Shown here in pieces: positions 12,001-24,000 of a DNA stretch of 64,000 bases. Every line of letters begins with the position of its first letter. Within the stretch, counting starts at the first letter, position 1. The translations under genes and the position numbers were made by a program. The notes under the pieces were generated by a model. The model did not search any database. It had not been told where the DNA came from and was given only the letters and a program-made list of their open reading frames with translations. This DNA comes from Magallana gigas (taxonomy: Eukaryota), in NCBI RefSeq assembly GCF_963853765.1, contig NC_088854.1:31682001-31746000 (forward strand), read 5' to 3'.

Positions 12001-15000
12001 GGTCCTTGCTCCGATTCATGTAAGAATTGATAGTCATTTTCACAATGGGGAGGAACGATCTTATAATTCTGGAGTTGGGGCATGGGACCGCCCTGTTCCT
12101 GATCACTGTGACACGTTCGACACTTAAACTCTGTGGGCGTTCCCCGGGTAGGGTTCATGCATGCGATTGTCCTCTGACCCCAGGTGTCATGTCCTCGAGG
12201 ACAGTTATTCCACTCTGGTCCTCGCGGAGACTGAGTCCTTTGAACCACATTATACTGATTAGGTGGGTAGTGCACATTTTCAAAGTACTTTGGGGAACAA
12301 CACCTTACACAGCCAGTATCAGAGTATGCTGGCATGTTCCACCCCGACACTGGGGTGGCATTGTGGGGGACAGGACAGGAACAGGAGGAAATCTTTGACA
12401 TGGGGGACATGGGGCTCCGGGCCCCCATCTCGCGGTTCAGGCAGTTGATCTCGGCATACTGCTGAGATGTGGAGGAATTTCCAGATGAATGTTGAGACAT
12501 GTTCATTTCGCTGGGCGGGGGAGGGTGTTCGGGTGGGGGAGGAAGGAACTCGGCCCAATTGACCATGGCCTGTTTAGGCTGGGTAATTTGTTTCAGGGGC
12601 TTCTTTCCTTTCTTCAACAAAAAACCGTTTTCATCTGTGGTATGGCTTCCACTATCACTGGTCGGACTTTGCATGGCATCAGCATGATCCACTGGCACTC
12701 CTAAAAAAACAAAAGTACAAAAAACTTTAACAGAACAGCATCACATAGAAAACACTTAAATTTTTCCCTCCAAAAATAAAAGATTTTCTCTATCCCAATA
12801 AGATCTGTCTAGATAATGGATGATTCTGATTGACACTGATATTTACAAGATTCAAACATCAAGTTTCATGTATCAGACCAATCAGGACAGCTGTTACATA
12901 ATGGGTACGATTCTTTTCATCAAAGGAAACAGTCTTGGATATGTTGATAACATTTAACACCAGCTCTGACAGTGAGAAACACATTTTTGTGAAACAAAAC
13001 ACTGGGACCTGTAATTAATGGGACCAGACAGCACAAATCTATTTAGCTGCTCAACCTAATTACCAAAGCAAATCATCACTTCTGCTACACTTGGTGCATA
13101 GAAAGCCAATTTTTTGGCAGAATTGCATCACAGTGAAAACTCATTGTCAGTGATGCCTCGGATATGAATTGGCCCCCCACATTTTTTTTGAGACAATAAC
13201 ACATTGATAAAAGCCAAAATCTTCATGAATGCCTGAGGTATTGTCAAAATTCTCTCTTCAAGATGTAGAAACAAATAGCTTTAAAAAAAAACTTCCAATC
13301 TTTCTTTTCTTTTTTTCCCTTCAGAACCACTGCCAAAAGTTCTAAAAACTAGCAAGATTACAAAACAACAAAACATACTGATGAAATGTGCAGACAAACA
13401 TTAAAACAAGCATGCAACTTTGTAACAATTAAGCCCACAGATAAAGACGGAGCTATTGTCAGAGTAAGTGTGTAGGGAATTAAATTTTCTTGGCTATTAA
13501 TTCTCACCAGTGTTTGAGTGGCTTGTGTTGGAGTCGCCGCTACACTCGTGCTTACAGCACCCCGAGTCCCCCGACCCGCTCTGCTGACTGTGCTGGGTGA
13601 TGGGACGAAACATGTGGTCCTGGAGGGAGTGTCCCCCACCGCCCACCGCGTTACCGCTGGTGTTGATCAGAGTGGTGGTAGCGTAGGGAGCCACTGGGTC
13701 CTTCTTCTGGTAGAACGTCTTCATCTGGGGGACATTATACACACTGGGGCCCTGACCATGTTGTTGTTGTTGCATCTCCATGTCCTTGGTCTCCAAAAGC
13801 TGGGCAAACTCGGGTGCCATCTGGGTCATACCTGGGTCAAATTGAAAATCACAAACATGAGAGGTGAAAATCAGAGAAAATTTCTCTCTCTTGCTCTCTC
13901 TCTCTTTCGCAAAGAGAAACTTTGTGGCAGAATTTCAGGAATATAAACAAATTTGACTTTTTGTTTACCTCCTGCGCGATTCTGCACATCTTTTTGGCTG
14001 TATCCATATTTAGCATAATAATTAAAGCTGTTTCGATTGCTGTCATCAGATTTTGAATAGTTGGGTACTAGAAATAAAACAAATTTCTTTTTATACAACA
14101 TGCAAAGTTCCAAAATTAATGGGGAAGAATGGAGAGGAAATGAAAACTTCATTTTTTTATATCTTAGTTAAGAGCTATGATCATATGTATTCCAATAAAC
14201 ATATTAAAATAGTATCCAAATTCATTGAAGATTTGACAGAAAACAAAAACACACAATAAACTATGTATATATTGCTCCAATGGCAGGTGAAAAACTTAAT
14301 ACATGTGCACTTTAAAAACAATACTCTGCTTCTGGATACATTTACATTTGATAGTAATATGTTATGTGAAAAGATGTTAGGTATATTAAAGTCATCAAAT
14401 GGAAAAATCTAGGTAAAAACTGTAATTCTTTCCTTTTGTGGAGACTTACCACTATACATTTCCTGCATCTTCTGCTTTTTCATGGCTTTCCTTTTCTTAC
14501 AGAGCCACACCACAAAGATACAGAGCGCGAACCACAGGGTGACACCGATAATGCTGATCAGAAGTCCTATAAACCAGGGCTGCTTCATCAAGTTCTCTTT
14601 CTCTGGCCCTGTAAATAGAAAATGCCCTGTAAGTTTATGTTAGAAGAAATATCCCATTGTCATAAAAATCTGCCTTTCCTGGATTTTGTTTTTCTTGGGA
14701 AAGTTCATGTCAATGAAATTATGAAATTTATGTATTAGAAAAATGAGCTTGAAATTAAGACGAAAGGGGAAAGAAGCCTTTATCCCCCCCCCCCCCCCCC
14801 CAACTCCAAATTATTTTTTTAAAGAACAGTTTTTGGAAGCTTTTGGACTATGGAGTGTATCCCTTTTTGCATATTCTCAGGAATCAGAGGAAACAGAGCT
14901 ACAAGATTGGACATGTTTGACAAGTGTAGCTGACAGCACTGTGTGCTCTATTACTCACCAGCCAAATGAAATGTTAGTCATGAGCTTACATCTTGATACA

Positions 15001-18000
15001 ATTAAGCTTGGTGAGGGAGAGAGAAAAATAAACAGATTAATTAGTAAATACAAAGACAGACCATTATCAGTCCCCCAAATCAACTATTGTTTCATTGCAG
15101 GGCCGAAAAGAAACGAGGCCTGCCTTTACTTTGATTAATGTCACACTTTCTTTCTAATTAGAGAGATCAAATCTCCAAAAAAGGAGAATTACCATAGCAT
15201 ATTTATCTTTCTGTAATCAAAATACTGGGATATTAGGAGAGATTCTGCTAATCAGCCAACAGATCCCCCCAAGACCCAGTGTTTGTCACAAGCACATGAT
15301 GGGCTGGCTATGAGCAACTGAAGATACAATCGTTTCTGCTGAATTCAATGGCCCCCATGTGTCCCATGCAACTGCTCTTGCCTCTCGCAGATGACTTGCC
15401 CCTAACAAAGGACTAGTTGAAAGCTCACCAAAGCAAATAAAATCTCCCACATTTGGACCAGTGATTGGAGTTGTTTGTGGTTATGAAACAAGGAGACGGC
15501 TCTTGGGCAGACGACCTTATTCTTTGCTTTAATGCAACGATAAATTGCTTATCAATGAATGTTCCATTCATTGGATGGGGGAAAAAAACAATAAAATAAA
15601 TTCATTTAAGTTGTTTGTGACAGATCGTATTGAAAATGTTTTAGCTCTTTAGTTCAAGAAGGTGAAAATGCTATCATCATATCTTTTGTCTTTCCACCAT
15701 TTAACTAATAGCAAGCTAGGCCAATGAAAAAATACGCAATATATAAATTTTCATTAAAAAGCGAGATAGAGTAGCACATGTAATCAATCCATTGTAGAGA
15801 AAAACTCATTAATTTGAGCAAAGCATCAGGGGAAATAAAATGCTTCATTTCATCTTCAACGATGGCAAAAAAACTTCAAAAGCCATTTCATGTGACAATA
15901 TTTCAGTTAAATGTTCTAGCCGTTACAATTTAAGCTTTGATTGGATTTTGTTTTTTATTCAAGGACTCAAGAAATGTAACTGATGTGTTCGGACCATTTT
16001 TTTCCCTGCACATTGTTGAAAACCTCGCAACCATGTGGGAATTTACTTAACGATGCAATTTAGTGACAAAAATGCATTTTATTTCTACACATAACACTGA
16101 TGAAAGGGTCTGAAAATAAATATTTCTCTTAAAAAAAAAGTTACAGCTTAATCACAAATGAAATTACGGCCATGAAAAGCTAATTTCCGCAATTAAAAAA
16201 TTGGGTTTAATACGGTCTAACTGCTTGAACTTGCAGGATTATGAGCTACTAAAACGCAATTTCACCAGTCCCCATGAGTCACTTGAGCCAAAAGCCCGAG
16301 TGTCTTTATTCTCGTAAAACATGGGGAAGTCCACAAGTGACACATAACCCCTTGTCCAATTATTGCAGAATACCCTCCAAAAGCGTGTTAAAATTTTCTG
16401 TCATTTGGAAAATTTAGAATTTTTTTTCCGCCTCACCCCTCGGCTTAGCTCGTAAAAAATACTCTTTATATCCTACGATTCTTGAAAAGAAAGTGCTCTG
16501 CATTGGTGTCATGCTGAGAAGGTTCATGGATCATATGACGGTCTCCCTTAGGCCCCATGGATTAAGACTCAATTTGCAATAGTTATCTAATTCTAGCCAT
16601 CAATCACATCCTCAAGCCATTTGGTGTTCATATTTCAAAAGAACAATGGTAATGCACTTGTCAGTCTCAATTGATGCCTCTGATGCCTTCCAATTCCTTT
16701 TTTGTCTTTCCTTCCTTTTTTTTTTTGGCCGATCAGAGGAAATATGCAGCATGACATTAATAAAAGCAATGCATTTAATTTTCTTTTGCAATTGGAAATA
16801 TTCTCGAAGTGAGGCGCATTTTAATGAGTGATTGCATCACATCAGTAGTAGAAATTGTCATTTGAGACATTAGTTGAAGTGTTTTATGCTATCCATTACA
16901 TTAAAAGAAGACGTCCCAAGTCTACTGCAGGCAACATTTGGCATAAAATAACTCTTTTGTGCGTTACTGGCCACATGCAAACTTGAGAAAAAATTGCCAT
17001 CTCAGGTTTTTTTTCACGCAATTAATACTTTAAAAATTCTAATGACTTTTGACCCTTAGCAACATACAAAAGTTTAATTTGACTTCATAAAATTTTGATG
17101 AAAAAAAAAAAATGCAAATTGAGTTCTAAAGTATCATACACTGCCTCAAAGAATATGCACTTTTGATAATATTGAATTCAAACATGCAAATATTTGAATT
17201 ACACCACGAAATTCAATTCAATGGCCAAATTTAATATGTGTTAAAAGACCAGGACAAAAGCAGTTGCTTGAACATACTCCCTCCACCCCCCAACTTCCAT
17301 TACCCTGAATGATAAAAATGGTGTCAACTTTATGGAGAGACATTTACCGATGACATATTCCTTGCTCCAGAATCCCAGCCCAGAATTGGTTCTGGCAGCT
17401 ATCTTCACAGTGTACGTCTGATCCTCTTTCAGATTCTCCAACATGTAGCTGGTGCGATTGGCAGGTAGACTTCTGCTGCAGTTGTGCTTGTTGTCATTAC
17501 TCAAGCAGAATATCTAGACAGATATAAATAGAAAACTTCGGATGAAAAGAATTTCCAAATCTTGTTTTTATAATTTTTTTATGAAGCATTTTTTGGTTTT
17601 TTTTCGTCTTTCCTATGAATGTCATTTCCTATGAATGTCATGTTGATTTTGTAAAACTCTTCCGTACGGATCCTAAAAATATACATAACTAACTGTATTC
17701 TTAGAATCTTATCTGCTCTTAAAACATGCTAGCAAAATTCTTTTCCACAAAAGTTCATTCCTTTCAATCATAGAATTTGAACTAACATATCTTTACATGT
17801 GTAGATAGAGTGCATACTTTACATGCAATGCATTTACCTCATAAGACTTGATTCCACTGCGTGCGGCGTCATCAGGTGGTAGCCACTGCACGGAGATGCT
17901 GGTGTCTGTGGTTTTGTGGATGACCACATGGGAGGGGGCACTGAGATGCTGGGAGGGGAATTTGACTTGTCTGGTTAATTCTGTGGGCTGGACTTTCATG

Positions 18001-21000
18001 GGCTGACTACACTGTGTTGGTATATCTTGGCTATATGCCTTGATACATATGCTGTACCTACAAACAAACAGAAAACGAAACATCATTAGGTGATTCTCTA
18101 TACTGTTAAAAAATAAGATCATTTAAGGCAAAACATTACTCCTCTGAGTGAGCTGACTCAAACCTTTTCAACTCAGATTTTTAATCACAGATATTTCTAC
18201 ACATGGGCATTAAAGGTAAAGCCTTTCTTCCAAGAGAGATAAATCTTGATTTGTACACCCCCCCCCCCTCCCAAATATGAAAATAATAAATTTTCTGTAA
18301 AATTTCATTGATTTCTCTACACTTCAAATCAGACTTTCCTACAGTGATGTTTTTTTAAAAAAAACTGATTAATTACCGAAAAAAGTTGAAAATTTCAAAT
18401 TAAGTCTGAAGAGAGTATCATCTTGTACTTTAAATAAATCATGTTCAGTATAAAAAAAACACCTGAACTTTATTATTTTACAATGATTGATAAACAAATT
18501 CTACAACTTATATTAAAACTCTCGTTGGCACGGATTTTAGCGCGAGGGGTCATTGGTGTGGGAAGAAGCCGGAGTACAGTATTATGTATCTACTTTGTAA
18601 AATATGCCATCAACAACAGGTAAATAATGCCCCATAGAGTAAAATGGCCTTCCAATCATCATAAAAACCTTTTACTGGAATCACCTAGCAGTAATTTGAG
18701 AGCTTTAATTGATAAACTGTAATGTATATATAAAGTCAATAACTGCCCACTTACTTTATCCACAGTATATTCTACTTCTCTGTCTCCCCAGAAATTTTAT
18801 CACTTAGCTATAGAAACCACTTATTCCTGCGTAATTTTTATTGTGATGACTATCGTTAACAGTTACCATATGTAATCCCCCCACCCAATTTATTTGTTTG
18901 TAATATTCATGAGATATAAACAGTTTATTACAACAACACTGCTTGTAATTAAGTCATTTTTTTTTTATAACTTTAACCTATATATTGATCCGAGGTTGTG
19001 TTGTAAGATTTCATTTCATTGGATGAATAAATAAATGCATTGATCCCTACCATTGGTCACTCTTGAGATTCTGTATGGTGAAGGATAGGGCAGTGCGACT
19101 GACGGTCACTGAGTGCATGCGTCCTGTCTGACCCGTTTTGAGGTCCCAGATCTCTCTGTACTCGATCACAAATTTGTCGATAATTTCCATCATTTTGTGA
19201 ACCTAGAATTCATTCAAAAATTAAGCTTTCATTTCTTTCAATAAAAGACCTAATTATCATTGTCAAATATCTTCTTCATTTTTTTTTTCAAATACTGGTA
19301 CTTTAAAATATAAGGGTTACTTTTCTTCATCTATAAATTAAGTAAGTTAAATTCATGTATTCACAATAATCCACATTTTCCACACTGATGATCTTACCTT
19401 CCACCTGACCTCCACCGCGGCAGGCTGTGGTTCCACTGCGGTAAGTTCCACCACGATTCCCTGCAGACTCTGCTGAATCTGTTCCCTCGTCAGCTTGGTT
19501 TGATGAGAACTATCTGTGTTAACTGAAAAATAAACATACATTATATAAAATTTCTTTAAAAATTACCTACCAACAATGAATATTTTGTAGCAAATTGTTA
19601 AATTCTATTTACATGCTTTCCTCCTCGGATACTTACATCTGGTGTTTATGGGATCGGATAGTTCACTGGGTACCCCGATCCCGTGGGAATTTCTGGCTCG
19701 CACCTGGAACACATAGGTGGTGTCTGGTTTCAGGTTGGTCACCGTGTAAGTTGTAGGCTGACCGGGGGTGTTGGTGGGAGGAACAGAGTCCGAGGCAACG
19801 ATCCAGCCCTGAAAACAGTCACAGTGGTCAAAGATTCAATAAAGGCTAGTTTCTATAGAATTCATTCATAAAGCAACCTAAAAAGAGCAGTTGTTAAAGA
19901 TCTAGATTCATAAAATTTTCATCATACTTCAAGAAACCTGCTTTTATTTTTATATTACCTCTGATGTTGCATGACTGAAATATTCTACGATGTAAGCAAA
20001 AACGGGCGAGTCTCCATGGTTGTTGTTTGGTTGCCATGACAACTTGATGGAATGGGTCAGGACCTCTACTACAGTGGGCTTAGAAGGAGGACCAGGAAAC
20101 GTCTTTACATCCTGTGTCCGGTGGAAAGTCACATTTTTGTTGGACTCTGAAAATTTTTATTTTTGAAATTGTTACTACATCCATGATTTATTGAATTCTT
20201 AAAAATGACAAATTAAAGGTAAGTTTCGTTGTTTGGTCTTACTTATGAAAACCAGTAATGTTGCTGACTGTGATGTTTCTCCAGTTTCACTTGATGCCTT
20301 ACAAGTGTAGTTCCCGGAGTCTGATTCATGAAGATCTGTAAATAAACGATGGCCAACAATATAATACAACACCACTCATAACTTGCATAAAAAGCTTCTT
20401 TTTTTCATCTTTCATGAATGGAATTAAAAACTTTTTCATAATATGCAAAATATGATAAAGCTTACTGAACATAATGAAACATCATGGTTTTTAATTCATA
20501 ATTTTATAATTCAATAATACTTATCAATTTTTCCTTTTTTGACAGATGTACCTGATATTTGCAGGGTTCCAGAGCTCAGAGAAATGATTCTAGAATTTTC
20601 CGTAATCGGTCGGTTGTCCTTCAGCCACCAAATCTGGGGTTTGGGATCTCCATATGCCTCACAATGGAGGAACCCTACCTCTCCCGTGGGCAGGTTCTGG
20701 CTCTGTGGGCCAATTCTGATAATTGGGGGTGGGCGAGTATCATTTACTGAAAACAGAAGGGGGTGAGTGTCTGAAAACAGAAGTTCATGAGAGAGATACA
20801 TTTCAAAAGTTACATTACCAAATTAAATGTTTCCCTAACCCAAGACTTTACCCCATCCTATGCTACTATTTTTAGGGAATGACCTTTACCTTTAACATCT
20901 AGCCTTGACAGAGCCTTGGCTGACCCCAGTCCGTTGATGGCCTCACACTCGTATTGACCAGCATCACCAAGCTGAACTCGCTCAATTCTCAACGTCCCAT

Positions 21001-24000
21001 CCGAGCCCACAGAAAATCTCCCTGAGGCAGTGTTTTGAAATAACAGGGTCTTAAATAAAAAAAATATATATACTTAATATTATGAAAAACACAACAACCC
21101 ATTAGGAACATGTAAATGATTCATTTTCTCGATTTCTTAAACCTAAGATGGAGTCTAGTCACAATATTCTCAGAGGCATCATTAGTTTAATTATTGAATC
21201 ATGGTTTTCGGATAATGAAAAGCCTATTAAACCTTTCATTAAATGCTAAAACATGCAATAAACAGGCAAATTGCATAAAAAATTAATTGCAAAATAGCTT
21301 AGGTGCGAGAATTCTCAATTTCAATCCCGCAGACTCGGTTTCATGGCTTCAAACGAGTAACAAAAGCCTAGGAAGAGTGAGTCACTAATATGGCCATCTC
21401 GGAAAAAAATGAGAGAGAGAGCACAAAATCAATTTTGCAGGGAAGAGTCTTTATTCCGATATTGGAAGTGATCCCTTCTGCCACTACGAGAAAACAAAAC
21501 TGTTGGTCTTGACCCCTAATCAGACCCGGCCATTGCTTTTATTGCTGGGGCGAAGCTGACCTCAGAAAACAGTGGTCAACTTATCTAAACCTGCTGAACA
21601 GAGCTTGGAGTCAGAACGAGGTGCCATTAATCAAATTTTACATGGTATTTCTGACCGATTCCTTTGAGAGCAATAACGGATTCTTCATTTTCCCTGACAT
21701 TTTGCAAACAAGCATGTTTAATAAAAGGAGACGCATTGACTTAATCATTGTGCGATATGCATACAATAATCACACTTTAATTATACATGTATAATATGAT
21801 TTGGTCCACAATGGAGAAAAAAGCTCGTTAAGTAAAAACATCACAAAGGCGCATTATCTCCCGAAATTAAAACAGGTATTTGAGCTAGATATGCATTCAT
21901 GAATGATTAAACAGAATTTTCGCTTGGAAACCAACTTATGCAATGCTTCTATTCACATTCAGTCTGCAAAATGGGCCCGATCAGCATTCAAACAACAATT
22001 AAACCTGACAAAGTTAATGACAAAATTATGAACTATGGGAGGTATACCATTCTTTTCATATGAAATATTAAATCTCCTTTTACAAACTGGGGGCTCGGAT
22101 TGCCGGAGCTTATAGAATTGCTGCCTAATGGAATTGATTGCTTTGCAGTCTAAGAGGGCACGGATTCCAGTACACAGAACAATATCATAATCTCTTGTCT
22201 TCAGAAAGTGCCGGATTAGGAAGAAAAGCACGAATCTAATGCAATTTGTCAATCATGACACTGCACCTAATGATTTCTGGCTAGAAATATGAATTTTTTA
22301 TTGCTCGGGTCAAAAAGACGGGACTAAACACAGGGGAAGCCATTAATGGTATGACTTCAACCAGAAATACATGGCCAAAAAAAAAATCAGGACATGACTT
22401 TTGTCTGCCGAAAAAAGATAAAGAACTCTATTCATGTACAACATACGCAGTATGAACGAAATGCATCTAGAGAAAATATCTGTTCAAACCCGGGAGATTT
22501 CCCAACATCAATTTAGTAATATGGAGACCGCATTTTTAACAAATGTTCTCTATATTGCCGAGGACATTGCAAATGGTACGGTAATGATTGTAAGAGAATG
22601 CCGATCACGTTAACGGCAAAGCCACTTGATGCACGAGCCTGATTGAAGAAAATCCTCCATGATGTAGCTTTTGCATTGATCCGCTCAGTTGATGGAGGAC
22701 TATTTGGAGTCTCTTGAGCCATTGACTGAAGGTTAAATCCCAAACTGTCAAGGCTCCGCAAATTAAACTACTGGTCTAGAATTGCAATTGTACTCAGAGA
22801 AAGAAATAGAAGAGAGGAGAAAAAAAATTTACTCTGAAATACTTGAGCTTGAATTACTTTGAATGCATATGAGAGCCTGCAACCTTGCTGAATCATATAT
22901 CAATGTCAAGTTTGATAACAGCGGTCTTAAAATGGTTTTATTTTATTATTGGCATCCTTAATGTTGTTTTTCCATCTTCTCATAACCATCATTAAATTTA
23001 TATATCTATTTATTGCATTAACATGAAGAATACCTCCCAAAGTTCTATGCCCTGAACAGGTCTCCCTAAGCAAACAAATAACAAAGTCGTTATTATTTCA
23101 GACTTCATGATGTATTTAAAACCCCTCGGAATAAATGCAGATCGGATTCTTCAATAAAACAGCCAGACAAAAGAATATGATATATGCATTCCCAGAGATC
23201 GAAGCACTTAACGATCATTGAATTATTTCACCTATAATTCAACTATCTTCCGCAGCCATATTTGAAAGGTTATAGTCACCTTTTCCCCTGAGGGCTTGCT
23301 GGAAGTTTTGCTCCAAATGATGGTGGGTTGTGGGATACCGATGACGGAGCAGTGCATGGTCACAGTACGACGAACTCCCACCACTTGGTCGTGAGGTTTG
23401 ACGTTAAAAGCCGGCTTAACTGGAAAATTGAACATAGAACACATTTTATGCACTTGGAAAAAAAAAGGTCTTCTCGTAAAACAACGAAATATCATAATCA
23501 TGTATGGACATATGAATAATGCTTTTTATAAAATACGATTTACTGACGGAAATGAATTATAAAATAATAGATAATTTGCAGACGGAAATGTTAGACTGAG
23601 GAATCAATTCTTACATTACAACTAATATTAGACTGGAATGCAATTTAATCTGAATAAAAATAAATGTGAGACGATAATAAAACAAGTGATTTATGCATTT
23701 AAATAAGCCTTCTGATTACAAAGGCGTTTTGAGAATAGTTAGAATATGATATATAAATGTAGACTTGAAATAAGATACAGCAGATTTCATATATATATAC
23801 ACGGAACACATAACAATTTTTTTCGTCTGTGAATGTCATTTAATCTGGGTTCAGAAAAATTTTCACAGGAAAAATATGTCTCGTGTCTGTTAAAAACTGA
23901 TTAAAACTGATTTGAAAGCTAATAATGTCCAACACATATCATTTTCAAATTTCCACGGAGTTCCTTATCATTTTCTTCATTCATCATCCACGTAACACAA

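Noticed and set aside
11900-13946. Plus-strand and alternate-frame ORFs over Robo cytoplasmic exons (e.g. 12027-12398, 13518-13946)
   Set aside because: Shadow ORFs of GC-rich coding exons, with no independent splice or homology support.
13969-13997. Internal acceptor in the 99-nt exon that would restore frame with the 13820 acceptor
   Set aside because: The arithmetic works (-81 nt) but there is no pyrimidine tract before the AG.
14743-15138. 131-aa ORF with poly-Pro
   Set aside because: The proline run comes from a C homopolymer and the rest is unremarkable intronic sequence.
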